A stretch of 64,000 nucleotides of DNA from Macrostomum hystrix (GCA_950097015.1 CATNEN010000038.1:7316001-7380000), one strand, 5' to 3'. Shown: positions 1 to 12,475, numbered from the stretch's first letter. Made by a program: numbers and translations. The notes: generated by a model not told the origin, from the sequence alone.

Positions 1-270
1 GTATCATGTCATGTCACCAGGGTCTTTGACAAGAATCACTACTGTCGATACTGTCGTCGGATGGCTTTGAAAGTTATAGTTCATCGTTAAATCGAGGACA
101 CCTAGATCTAATGATCATGCGACATGCGTATATGGACGCTCGTGCATACCTCACTGCATAGCCTAAGGAAACGGGTGTATTCCTAAGGGCCTTCTCCTCA
201 GTATTTAGTATTGCAATGCCTTTCACTACAGCCAATTAACACGCGGACGCATTCATGCTGTCACCTTCAG

Positions 271-1382
271 GTACGAAGGTCTGGACTTCTTTGATGCGTC
301 TCTAGATCTACCGTGAGTTTGACCTACTTGCATCTTTTCATTTCAGCAAAGTGCATTAGTTCAGGGACAAATTTCTTTTTCAACCAACTCATTCAGATCG
401 GATGGTCAGCCGTACCGAGACAATTGGGACTCTGTTCGCCTCATCGGCCGGGGAGGCTTCGGCGAAGTTCACGAGGTGCTCACCGACAAGGGCATCAGGT
501 GTGCTACGAAAACGATCAAGATGAAAATGCAGCTTGGTGGCCAGCTAGAAATGAGCAGAGACATTGACAAGGTGATTGCGAGTGAGAGGAACCTATGCCA
601 ACTGAATCACGTCAACATCGTCAGGTTCTTGTATATTGTTCAGTCCGAGCCATCGACTGTTGTTCTGTTTATGGAGCTGTTGAACGGCTGCAGCCTGGAA
701 GCATTTCTCGATCGCAAGCCACTAGATGAAGAAACGATTCGAGACTTCAGCGGACAGGTAAGCTTGTGTGACCCAGTATAAGGGCAATTTTTCTTTAAAT
801 CCTCCGTCAAATTGACGGATGCCATGATTTAAATCATTTCAGATCTGCAATGCTCTGCTCTACATACACAGCCGACGGCCGCCAGTGATCCACCGAGACA
901 TCAACTGCAGCAACATTGTAGTGCTAGCCAACAGCCAGAGAATAAAGCTGATCGATTTCGGCTTGTCCATCAAGCTGGAGCGGTCATTCAGCCACATTTC
1001 CGGCTCCAGTGCGACTCCCATTGGCACTCTGAACTTCATGGCGCCAGAGCTGCTGGGCGCTGGGACACCAGAGAGCGTGCAGTACAGCAGAGAGTCCGAC
1101 ATCTGGGCGTTCGGCTGCTCGATCTTCCAGATGGCCAGCGGAGCCAAGCCTTACGCGACCGTCTGGAACTTTTACCAATTGGCTCAACTGCTTGAGAAGA
1201 GAGGCGCGCCCGCCCTGCCTGACAACTGCTCAGCAGTTCTGAAGGATTTCTACAGCCGCTGCACCGCCAGAGACAGAAAGTACCGGAAGCCTGCCGCAGA
1301 ACTGCTGAGACATGAATTTCTGACTGGTGAGAAGCCCAAGAAGCGAAGGACTTTTAGTGCACTCTTCGGTGACCAAAAGTGA
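271..1382 (+). CDS. Ser/Thr protein kinase, STE11/MEKK-like (exons ~271-312, 397-757, 843-1382; 5' end uncertain)
   Basis: Spliced translation gives GRGGFG glycine loop, CATK lysine, HVNIVRF, HRDINCSN, IKLIDFG, GTLNFMAPE and SDIWAFGC. Intron 758-842 (GTAAGC...TTCAG) keeps the frame. The 271-312 exon is tentative. Confidence 0.9.
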
Positions 1383-2378
1383 TCGTTTGCGGTGGATAAA
1401 AGAAATTAATTATTTATTACATTTATATTAGATCGAACTTTATATGATTTGTATTTACAAGCCCTAATTTAATGCTTCATGAAATCTATACTGCAGGATT
1501 TTTGTCTCAATTTCCTTGAGCAATAGACGTTCAGGAACCCAGTGTGAACCGCATCGTAATAACTGAATACAATATTACAGATACTTAAAGTACAATCAAT
1601 ATAGGTATACATAATTATTAATGATGCAAGACTCGATTCGTACAAACTGCGACACATCGCGTACTCAAATGTTAACGCTCTGTAGCTGTACTTAGAAACA
1701 AAAAATTCTCAAAAATGGACATGGACCTTTCAAGTTTTGACGAGGCAAATTTACTGAAGTGGGCTGTACAGTATTGTCTCCAGGAATCTGTTGTAAACAA
1801 CCTTTCAACACATTGCTGTATAGAAATTTTTCGTTTTTATTGCTTTGTGTTAAATGGCATGCATTCAACTTAGCCACTTCAGTTTGTCTATAGTCTATTT
1901 TTTCTTTTCATTTCTATTCCTTTCATTATTTATTCATTCCTTCCTTCCTTCCTATTCATTCCTTTCGCTATTTGAATAAGTACATTTGCAATTTTCTAGC
2001 TATTAATAAGATTTAACTCTACTTTTCAAATAGACAATTTTTTTACTCCAAAAGAAGAGTATCTTATTAGCAAGGTCTTAGCGGGCCAAAGAGAGAAAAC
2101 CTAAAGGACGACAGTGGGCCGCTAAGAAATATGAGATAGGGGAGACACGGGAGAGTTGAGATAGCGGAAAGATGAGACAAAGGAGATATTAGACAAAGGA
2201 GAGAATGGGCAAAGTAGAGATGAGACACAGGAGAGATGAGACACGGGAGAGATGAGACACGGGAGAGACGAGACACGGGATAGATGATATTGGAAACTGC
2301 AGTATGTAGCTATATATTAGATAAAGTGGCATCCATATTGGTAACTCAGCGCCAACATTCACATTGACAGAGGCTAAT

Positions 2379-2625
2379 TGTAGCCTTGAGGTTAAAGCGT
2401 AGGACTCACGACTTGAAGGTCGGGGTTCGATTCCTGACTCGACTGGAACAATGTGTCCTTTAGCAAGACACTTAACTCTGCGTTCAGTTCGACAAGCTGT
2501 TTAATGGGTACCAGCTAGCAGCTGGTGTCAGCTGGTTATTGAGGGTAAGGCGCGTGGCGTTTCCCCAGTCCATGGACTGAACAGCCCTACACAGTCTTCA
2601 GACGCGCCGCGCAGCCACTGCAGAA
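2379..2625 (+). mobile_element. tRNA-derived SINE, family A
   Basis: tRNA-like head with B box GGTTCGATTCC, central GTGTCCTTTAGCAAGACACTTAACTC...AATGGGTACC and 3' part with palindrome CAGTCCATGGACTG. Homologous copies at 31949-32210 (-) and 37159-37420 (+); fragments near 4624, 7290, 32613, 38393 and 43890. Confidence 0.85.
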
Positions 2626-3227
2626 ACACGCTTTCTTAATTTTATGGGTAATTTTAACCCCAAATTAGACCAATCTGCGAGGTGGATGTCCGGCGGTAGC
2701 TTAAGCCAAGGTGACAAGTCAATAGCTGACTCGCGGCCGCCGTCCTGAGCCCCGATGTGGCTTCTTGCCGACGGTAAACAGTTCGTGAGGCTGGGTCGCT
2801 CGCTGATTAGCCGAGATCCTGTAGCCCAGGGGAAGCGCTCGTGGGGTTGGTGGCGTCCGCTCCCCCGGCTGCAGGTCCGGCCCGGCTCGGCGTGATTGAC
2901 ACTTAGCTAAAAAACACGCGTCTAAAAATAATTTACGTGACAACTGAGAAATAACTCTGAAAAAATATAAATAACACCGGGTGACAGAAGGACAAAAGGA
3001 CAAACAAGCTGACACTACAAAGTTAGGATCATATTCTGTTGAGGATTCCAAAGACTAGTTTTAGCACATGCTGTAGACATGAAAACTGCATGTACTGATC
3101 GCCCAGCTGCTGGTATACGATGTAGGATAGCCTATGGCCCTATGCAATTAAGCAAGGGAATTAACAAACTGTTAGTTGGACAATATTGATGGGATTTACG
3201 TGTGTGTGACCATTAGTAACTAATTCT

Positions 3228-3271
3228 CAGGGACTATACTAAATACTCCCTGCTAATTTTAGTAGTCCCTG
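3228..3271. mobile_element. 44-bp hAT-type miniature element
   Basis: Termini CAGGGACTA...TAGTCCCTG, flanked by the exact 8-bp direct repeat CTAATTCT (3220-3227 and 3272-3279). Confidence 0.7.
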
Positions 3272-5051
3272 CTAATTCTTTTTGCAAAAAATGAACTGAC
3301 ACCTTTTAAAATGACAATTTATTTATTAACGTTTTTTCTAGCTATTATAAAAATATGCTTATAACAATGTAATTAATTAAAATATTACTTTAGGATATAA
3401 AATATATGGCTGCAGTTTCACTCCAAACCCATTCAATAATAAAGCATCACTAAACTCCACGCTTTCGCTTGAGAAGTGATAGGAGTGCTCAAGTTGTTGC
3501 AGACAAGCACCACTAGAATAAGATCTTAAGTCCTTAAGTTAAGATATTAAGCTGAAGAATGAACACGATCGCAACTAATAAAAGCGTTGTCGTAAAATAT
3601 GGTAAAATATATTCATACTAGAACTACAAGACATTTTAAAAAAAAAATAATCTGTTTGGCAACTTTTTACTCTAAATATTTATTATGCATTAAACTACAT
3701 AGAACCTTTTTGCTTAACTGCGTTAGCTAAGGAAACTTTACATGTTTGACGTAAAAACGGTTTGTTCAATTTCATTGTTAAACTTACCCAAATGCCAAAT
3801 ATCTACGACACGCAGTCACAGGCTTGAGAGCATTCTGGTCTGCAAAATTAATTTTACCACTTTACATTTTTAGTACTTAAAAGCATTTGATAACATAATA
3901 TTTTTAATTGAAAACAGCAAATCCTTTTGTTCCTTCTCTCATGCCGATGCCGCATTATACTTAAGAACATTTTCCAATTCGAAATTATAGGCCTACAACA
4001 AGGAACCATTCGTTAGGATGTATCTTGATTGAGTTTGATAGTTGAGAGTTTTGAAATCTAGATTAAACTTTTTAAATTTTAAGTGTCTCTAACCGCATAT
4101 TTTTTTCTTGTAATAAACTTGACTCAAAGCGAGAAATCGTAATTTAGAAGAGTCTCCTATATGTAATTAATGTTATTTCTCATATATTGCATTTTCAATA
4201 GGAAATATTTTTTATTAGCTGCTTTTTTAGAAATGCGACACATTTATTTATTTTTTTGTTCATAGTAACATTAGCATAACGCAATAGCCTAGAGTTAGAG
4301 TAGAATACAATTTTTACAGAAATTCGTGTTGACTGGTTAGACATCAGGACCATTTTTTAAATAAAACATGGTTAAAAATATTTAACTATGAATATAAACA
4401 AGATGTACTGTATCTTAAACTTAAAGCTAGACTAGAAAATGCTCTTAAATAGACTGTTATATTGTTGTAAATGGTTTAGTAAGAAAAATTACAACTTTGT
4501 GCAGTTTTAAATATTTTTGCCTTGCTTTGATTCTTGCTCAACCGTTCTTTTTCTAGAGTTTAAACCCAGTTTTTAGAATTGAAATCATCTCGACTTAAAG
4601 ACTTGAATATTGGGGTTCTATATACTGAACACCTATATGCAGCCTTCAGATGTGCCGCGCAATAGCTGCTGTCTGCTGGACATGTGGTCCAATCTGAACT
4701 TCAGTCCATCAAGAACCACTAGGAGCAGAAGGACAGGAAACTACGTTTCTTAGAAAAAATTTAACACTGGTTTCACGAAAAAATACACTACGGAGATAGG
4801 AAATTTTTATGATCTAAATGGTAACAGCTTTTGATTGAAAGCAGATAAAAATCTGTTCTTTTTTATTACTTGCTTAACATGTTGCTCCACTGAATATTAT
4901 GAGTATAAAGTTTTGTACATTTTCAAAACCAAAAAACCAGCCTTCAATTTTTTTCTCTAAGAAACGTAGTTTTTCCGCCCTTCTACTCCCAGTGGTGCTT
5001 GCAGTCCATGTGGACATAATTTATTATTTTATTATTTTCTTTTATTTCCAG

Positions 5052-5727
5052 AAGACTTGGCTCAGCAGATGTGAGCATGCCATTCCTAGCTCACGCGTAT
5101 CTGAATAACACAGACCCCAATGTAAGGAATCTGCTGATTCAATTTTGCAACTTGTACAACAATTACATCTGCGCTGGCGGCTTGCAGTGCAGATGCGATG
5201 ATGCAATGCACAACCTTGCCTGTCCAGTAAATTCGCTAATTGAGTCACGATTCAGCAGCCTGATTAGGCAGGCTAACTTGAACCCGGGAGAGACGGGAGC
5301 CTGGCTAGCACTGCTATTTGAGAGCGACCTCACGGCGGCCTATCTCAGGTCTCGCATTGATGCTTCCATCGCCCGCTACGCAGCCTCGTGTCCAACAGTG
5401 GCTGGTCTCGAAAACTTGCGCCTTCTGTCTGGCAGCCTAGCCAACCTGAGCAAGTGGCACGGCTACAACCCGCTGAGAACTTGTGTGACGCGAGTCGACA
5501 ACGCCAAAGATGCCGCCGCTTGCCTACTACCGAGCCTGCTGCTGGCATCACCGCAGCGTTTGCTGCCGCCAAACAGCATGCGCTATGGGCTGTTCTGGAA
5601 CTACCTGTCCACCTACCTGGCTGATGTGGAACAATGGCCAAATGCGGCTGTGATGTACAGAGTTGGCTATGCGGGATTATTCGGGCGATTGCAGACCAGC
5701 AGTCGGGTGAGACAGACTGGTCATTGA
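5052..5727 (+). CDS. Orphan protein-coding exon/ORF (~220 aa), function unknown
   Basis: Long GC-rich open frame after a polypyrimidine acceptor (TTTATTTCCAG, ending 5051); no motif recognised. Confidence 0.65.
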
Positions 5728-5746
5728 AAATTTTAATATCTACAGG

Positions 5747-6304
5747 ATGGCTGAGGCAAACATTTCAATTCGTCTACCATCGCAGAACGGTTCCCAGCTT
5801 ACCCTGGCGCAGGCCTTCGGCGCCGCCTGCGCCGAGTGTTCAACAATCGAGCAACTGCTGCGGGTCCTATTTGAAGGCGTGTTCTGCCAGTGCGGCCGTC
5901 TGTTCCTGCTGGCTCTCACCAACCCGAGACTGGACGAGTTGCAAAGGCGGTCATCCTTTGTCGAGCGCTCGCGTCTGCTGCGTTCAATGCGTCGATTCAG
6001 CTGCTTGCAGGGCAATGATCGGCGCTGCGAAAAGAGGCGGTCGAGCGCACCTGACAGGTATAGGCTAGTTATGCGGCGCACGGTGTGCTTGACTATGCAG
6101 GGCAGGAGTGACATTCGCGCCCGACTAGAGCTTCTGGTGAAGCGATTGGATTGGTCCGATGACGTCACATACCGTCAGGCCGATGCTGGTGACGCTGCTC
6201 TGGAAACTGTGAGCAAACTTTGTAATCATTCGCGGCGAAATTACAAAGCATGTTGTAACAAGTTTTCGTGCGAAAATCAAAACTATAGCTTACGTAATTT
6301 ATGA
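5747..6304 (+). CDS. Orphan ORF/exon; true 3' boundary probably near 6210
   Basis: GC-rich coding-like frame. The ATG follows the acceptor CTACAG/G, and composition turns AT-rich after ~6210. Confidence 0.6.
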   Translation: MAEANISIRLPSQNGSQLTLAQAFGAACAECSTIEQLLRVLFEGVFCQCGRLFLLALTNPRLDELQRRSSFVERSRLLRSMRRFSCLQGNDRRCEKRRSSAPDRYRLVMRRTVCLTMQGRSDIRARLELLVKRLDWSDDVTYRQADAGDAALETVSKLCNHSRRNYKACCNKFSCENQNYSLRNL

Positions 6305-6460
6305 AAGTCAACTTTACGTTAATCATTTGTGAAATGGATCAACTGCAGTATTATCTGGTCTTGTGACTTTCTCAGTTGACGTAATGAACAGTTGTATTTA
6401 AGGCTTTAATAAATAAATGATAGTTAATAAGTAATTTACATTATTAACTTATGTACTCGT

Positions 6461-6710
6461 TTCGCTGACTCCTAAGCACACACGCACACAGATACTGTAC
6501 GCAGGCACACGCTCAGTTAGATGTGTACAACTGCTCTGACTTTTCTCATCGTCTGGAGTGTACTGCACTTTCACTGTGCCTTGTAGTTTGGCCCTCAAGG
6601 GCGTAAATTGCACGACAAGCCCCCAAAGCCTTTTCTCCGCGGCTGCGCCCCAAATAAATGTTGCCTCGCTGCGGAATCGAGCTCAGGGACCTTGGTGCGA
6701 GAGGCGAACG
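6461..6710 (-). mobile_element. tRNA-derived SINE, family B (partial)
   Basis: Reverse complement matches the full copy at 34604-34980. Confidence 0.85.
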
Positions 6711-6773
6711 AAAATTATCAACTATCAGACTTTCTATAACAGGCTAAAAGTCTTTCCGCTTAGAAAACTTTAG

Positions 6774-7140
6774 ACTCTTGTTCTCCCATTGCGCCGCCTC
6801 GCAGCAAAACTGTCCTGACAACGGCGCGGTGCTGCTGCTGCTCAGCTCCGAGTTGTGTTCCGGCGCTTTAACTGACGATCCCGAGCCGGATGCTTTAAGC
6901 CCAGAGGCGCAGCTGTTCTGTGAGGTCTGGCGCCAGGTTGAAAATCGTCAGCAGATGCTAGGCAGATCGGACGCGCTTACCTTTATCATTGCCACCGTCG
7001 ACTTGACTAAGTCGGCGCTGCTGCTGTGGACTCAGCGGCTGGGTCTGCCTAGGGCCGATGTTACAGTCGTGCCCTTTGTGGAGCCGTACGAGGCCGCGGC
7101 CTGGAAGTGGCTGCTCACCGCGCTGCTGCTGCCGACTTGA
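6774..7140 (+). CDS. Probable terminal coding exon of the orphan locus
   Basis: GC-rich open frame ending in TGA, with AATAAA ~35 nt downstream. Separated from the previous ORF by a SINE-containing interval. Confidence 0.6.
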
Positions 7141-7289
7141 CTCTCCTAGCCAACGTACAGTTTATGGATGTCATGAATAAATCTTCCTAGAGCGTTTACT
7201 GCCTTTTCCTGCATCTTCAGAACGATTTCGGACATTCCGGTTATATCTGAGAGTGTTTTTTAACTGCTTTTATTTTTGTTTGAAGGGCT

Positions 7290-7478
7290 TGTAGTCCTTG
7301 AGAGTGTTTAGATCGTCGAATTTGCTACTCGACGGTCACGGGTTCGATTCTCGAATCCACTTTAACAGACTGTTTTTTAGCAATTTGGGCACTGCGTGTC
7401 TAGTGTGGGTTTATCAGAATTTGCTGGGGTAATTAAAGGTGGGTGTGGCGTCCCCCCAGTCCATGGACTGAACGTGTG
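7290..7478 (+). mobile_element. SINE family A, degenerate copy
   Basis: GGTTCGATTC B box and GTGTGGCGTCCCCCAGTCCATGGACTGAAC shared with the other copies. Confidence 0.7.
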
Positions 7479-8289
7479 TAATGAGAGATTTTTATTCGCA
7501 AAAAATACGAAAAGCATTCCTAGTACAAGTATCCTACAGTTTCTTTTGCTGGGATTTCGCTTTTACTTTGTGTATAAATAAAAAAGAATTGTTATCGCAT
7601 TGGAAAATAACAATTATTGAATTTGCCATTTTTAGCATTATAATCTCATTACTAAGTCTATTTTTTTCTGGATCAGATTTTACAGAGAAGTTGCCATTTT
7701 TTCTAAGAATTTGCCTGCTATTATTTGCCAACGAAGTAATTTTTTGCTAACACTGCTAGGTTTACAAGCTTCTGCGTACGGTATGATTTTCTATTAATTT
7801 CTATTATCGTTTTATAGCTACTAATAGTAGTTTTAGTTAATAAGTAAACACTTTCGATTGTTTTCATGCCTCGCATTGTTTTCCTTTTATTTTTCTTACA
7901 TTTCTACTTACAGAACAGTAGTTAGTATTCATGATTTTCGTCATTCTGCTTTCTCTTTTGTCCCCGCAAAAAAAATTTCTTTACGATCGATATTTCCTCT
8001 TTCAGCCAGCCAATCAGGGCGTCTTGTTGAACCCCCACCTGCTCGCTTGTTTAATCTCACTTTCTATACTATATAATTGACCTGAATTTCGGCAAACTAG
8101 AAAATAATATATATTTCACAAGGCCATGCGTATCCAAGAGAGATAAAATATTCAGCGCTCCCAAAGTGTCATTTTTGTTAATAGCTAGTATCGCTATTGT
8201 TAATCTAAATGATAATTTGGACACTCAAAACGATCATGTCTGTGGTCTCATGCTATTCGGCCATAGAGTTAAGGATATTCAGAATGAAA

Positions 8290-8745
8290 AAGCGGCAATC
8301 AAAACGGTGATGTTGGGCCCCTTTGAGTGCGCCTCACTGGCTGTCCCTTGATTGAGCGGCCTTGGCAGCGCCTAAGCCAAAGTTTTAATCCCGTCTCATC
8401 AAGGTAGACGGTGTGAACTGCAGGATCCAGATGTAGCATAAAATCCACGTACTCTCTCCTTGATCTGCAGGTTTTCATTGGTTTTAGTTGCCAGGCTCAC
8501 TGTATTGCTCACTGAAAACTGGTTTTGTTCCAGCTCGTTCTGAAGGCTGGCCTTCGTCTCTTCGTCCACTTTGCATTAGCAAGTGGACGGCGCTTCCACT
8601 CTTGGTAACGCCTGAACCCTTTCTTCCTGCGTATATGCTCGCATAATTCTATACGCAGTTTCAATCGGCACTTGCAGGATGTCTGCTGCAGCTTTTAGTG
8701 TTGCCCCTTGCTCTATAATTGCAGACACCAAGCGTTGCCTGTCGA
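8290..8745 (-). pseudogene. Tc1/IS630-type DDE transposase remnant
   Basis: HTH-like N-terminus (DRQRLVSAIIEQGATLKAAADILQVPIETAYRIMR). After a stop and frameshifts come KVDEETK and VYLDETGLKLWLRRCQGRSIKG...GPNITVLIAA, the first-Asp region of the DDE domain. Confidence 0.8.
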
Positions 8746-9227
8746 CTGGGCATTTGAAAAACAGCAACAAGAAATAGCAAAGAAAGAAGCGAGAGAAAAC
8801 CAAACAGGCGGAGAGCAAGGCAAGGGACTTTTTCAGCTTTCCGTTCCGAGTTTTATCATTTGGTTTGGTTGTCTATGGTCGAAAGGGTGAATTTTCTTCC
8901 GAGTGGCTGAATTGATTCTCGTTTTAAATGCCCCTTTCTCGTTTTGGTTGTCCAAACGTTTATGTTCTCTAGCGGCGAGGTTTACTTAGAGGATAGTTAA
9001 ATCCATGGCCATTGTCATATAGTCTAGCCAACAAGTGAGTCAAAATAATGGAGATTTTACCATAGACAATTGACAATCAGGGTGCAATAATGCAGCAACA
9101 CAAACTTTATATTTACGAAAAGCAAACGTAGCAAATAGTTGAACATTTTTAACGAGCTCTTTGTCTAGTAGTCAGTGCTCTAGTAGTAACTCGAAAACTC
9201 AGTAACTCACTCAGTACTCATCAGTAC

Positions 9228-10878
9228 TCACTGATCACCGAATTTGAAGTTGCAATTGCTGAAACTACCACTCAGATGAATATGTAGCTCCGGTCGAACA
9301 GTATCGGCCGAAGATGCTTGAACGTCAACCTTGACATTTTGGATTGACGTCGTCATTCCGACACTTGCCACCCGCTTTGGGACCTCGGAGATAGACGTAG
9401 CATCCCCCGCCGAATCCATATCGCCAGATAGTCCGACGATAGCCACAGACTTTATCGTTGGTCGCAGAAGACGAACTGGCTCCATACAGCGATGCTGACA
9501 ACACGTCGGACATCTTGCCCAGTTCACTCGCCTTGCACTTGCCATTTGTTAAGTAGCTAACGAAAGTACGTACAGAAAATGTTTTTTTTTACTTTTAAGT
9601 ATACAATGTACTACAAACAGGAGAATTTTATTGGCAGCCCGATGCTGACACTTACCGCTGAACAGTCTTCACGTCTTTATGGCCAGTTATTTTGCAGATC
9701 TGCTCCAAACGAAAGCCAGCTTCGTGCAACTCAGAAATGACGGTTGGACGAACGTTGTGCCCAGTGTAGACTTTAGACAACTGTGCAGTCGCTGAAATCC
9801 GGGCCATCAGATTCTGAAGCGCATTCACGCCCATTGGCTTTGTTGTGTACCAGTGAGCAGTCTTTTTGACGATGCTAGGCATAAGAAACAGAGGCATGTT
9901 ACTCTCGGCAGTCCCAGCCGAAAGGCTAGACTCCCGCTTTTCCAAGTACAACTTGATCGCAGCCACAGGGCAGTGCTCTCCGCCGGTCGACTTCACAATG
10001 GCTTCTCGATTGTCTTCCATTGCGCCCGGCGATAGTCTTGTGCCCACGGTTTTCTCGAGTCCTCCATTAAGTCGCAGTCTCCACTCCACTCCGCAACTTA
10101 AACACCAGACTGGGGACATTGAGCGATCGGAGCCATTCACGACCTCGCTGACCGAAGTAATAGAGCAGAATGAAGTACACCTCGTGTAGAAGCTTCGTCC
10201 CATTTGAGCGGTCGAAGTACGTCCACAGTTTGTTCAGATCGTCCTTCTCCATCGCCTCGTAATGCCGAATGCGACCGCCATTTTTTAGGAACATTCGACA
10301 AACGGCCTTCAAGGCTAAATTCGCAATATGAAACTTTTTTTCACCTTTAATGATGTTAATGGCCCTGGTACGCCTGAAATACCGAAACAATTGCCGGCTC
10401 GAAAGCAGATTAGACTAGACGGTGCGTAGAAGCTCCCATCTTGCTTTCTAAGAGTGGCATAGAAGAACTTCAGCTTTTCCGCAAGCTCGTCCTCAGTGCA
10501 GGATCCAGCTTCAAAGCTTTCGAATTTGTACTCTCGAAGAAATACTTGGAAGCGGGCAATAGCCGATTCTTCTCGCTTTTCGGTAGAGATGACCTTGGTC
10601 TCCTCGTCCTGTCTGTCGACAATCGCTTGCAGTTCAGTTGTGGAACCTCCAACATCCGGAATTGATTCCGAGTCTTCACCCTCCACCAAGGGAATCAGAT
10701 TGAACAGTTCTTCCAGAGTAGGTAGGAGTGGCTCATCATCATCGAACATCGTCCGCTCGATCAACGCACTTCTGTCCATGAGCTCTATGTGCTTCTCGAT
10801 TTCCGCCGTAGTCAAGCCGGTTATGCAAAAATTGTCCGGGAATTGAGACAGATGAATCATGTTTTCAAATGAACCCAC
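9228..10878 (-). mobile_element. Crypton-type tyrosine recombinase transposon gene (DUF3504-like), one intron, frameshifted
   Basis: FFYATLRKQDGSFYAPSSL, YYFGQRGRE (Arg), HCPV, YTGHNVRPT (HxxR) and TGHK. Splicing intron 9557-9655 (GTAAGT...TTAG) gives TVQR-YLTN with the catalytic Tyr; the C-terminus is FSNCNFKF. At least three frame changes. Confidence 0.88.
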
Positions 10879-11066
10879 ACTGAGACGAACTAATATCGCG
10901 CTGTAGAAGCTCTCTCTCCGTGCACTATCTTTCCATTGTTACCCTCAAATTTCTTGCATTGATCAAGTTAAAGACAATCTTAACAACATGGAATTTTGCT
11001 AGTAGTCAATGTAGAATTTTGAGGGAAGCTTTAACTAGAGTGGACTAGAGAGGAGATATGTATCGA

Positions 11067-11930
11067 CTCTGAGCCTAGATATCTATCAATTCTGAGCCTA
11101 GATATCTATCAATTCTGAGCCTAGATATCTATCAATTCTGAGCTTAGATATCTATCAATTCTGAGCCTAGATATCTATCAATTCTGAGCCTAGATATCTA
11201 TCAATTCTGAGCTTAGATATCTATCAATTCTGAGCCTAGATATCTATCAATTCTGAGCTTAGATATCTATCTATTCTGAGCTTAGATATCTATCAATTCT
11301 GAGCTTAGATATCTATCAATTCTGAGCTTAGATATCTATCTATTCTGAGCTTAGATATCTATCAATTCTGAGCTTAGATATCTATCAATTCTGAGCTTAG
11401 ATATCTATCAATTCTGAGCCTAGATATCTATCAATTCTGAGCTTAGATATCTATCAATTCTGAGCTTAGATATCTATCAATTCTGAGCCTAGATATCTAT
11501 CTATTCTGAGCTTAGATATCAATCAATTCTGAGCTTAGATATCTATCAATTCTGAGCTTAGATATCTATCTATTCTGAGCTTAGATATCAATCAATTCTG
11601 AGCTTAGATATCTATCAAATCTGAGCTTAAATATCTATCTATTCTGAGCCTAGATATCTATCAATTCTGAGCCTAGAAATCTATCAAATCTGAGCTTAAA
11701 TATCTATCAATTCTGAGCCTGGATAATCGATTCTGAGCGTAGATATCTATCAATGCTGAGCCTAGATATCTATCAATGCTGAGCCTAGATATCTATCAAT
11801 GCTGAGCCTAGATATCTATCAATGCTGAGCCTAGATATCTATCAATGCTGAGCCTAGATATCTATCAATGTTGAGCCTAGATATCTATCAATGCTGAGCC
11901 TAGATATCTATCAATGCTGAGCCTAGATAT
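11067..11930. repeat. 23-bp minisatellite (TCTGAGCCTAGATATCTATCAAT)n, ~37 copies
   Basis: Direct periodicity; palindromic core TAGATATCTA. Confidence 0.97.
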
Positions 11931-12475
11931 GGTAACTGCCGAAGTACTAATTGAAACAGCCGAAGTATGAAAAATGGCCGAATCTGCTTTCAAGCAGAAA
12001 ACGAAAGCTCACGCGAAGGCTGTAGTGGGTCATTAAAGCAACGCAGCTATTAGTTAGATTAATTAAGCAAATGTTTAAGCAAAGAGCATTGCTTCACTTG
12101 CTCAAACGCATGTTCTGAAAACCAACCACTAAATTTTGAATTAACTCAAGCGCGATGAAATTCTTAGAAATTCTGCAAAACGCCGACAGGAGGCATCACC
12201 CAAATGTCCCACAGCAGTCTGCCGCTTTCGCCAATTTTATTCCCCGAATCTCAGGGATGAAATGCTCAGCCAGGGACTTCTGACAGGCTCTGCTTTCAAC
12301 TCATTTGGGAAATTTTTGGGGAGGTCGGGAGAGTTCGAGAGAGGTCGGGGCTCGAATCCCAGCCCAAGTAAGCGATTTTATCCCAAATATTCTCACCTTT
12401 CCACCCAGATTTTTTAAACAAAATTCTCTAGATTCATTTATTCACTTCTTACAACTGCACCTCAATACTTTTTTT

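Noticed and set aside
2743-2770. RNase MRP CR-V-like CCACATCGGGGCTCA on the minus strand
   Set aside because: No upstream GAAAGTCCCC-type CR-I partner to form P4.
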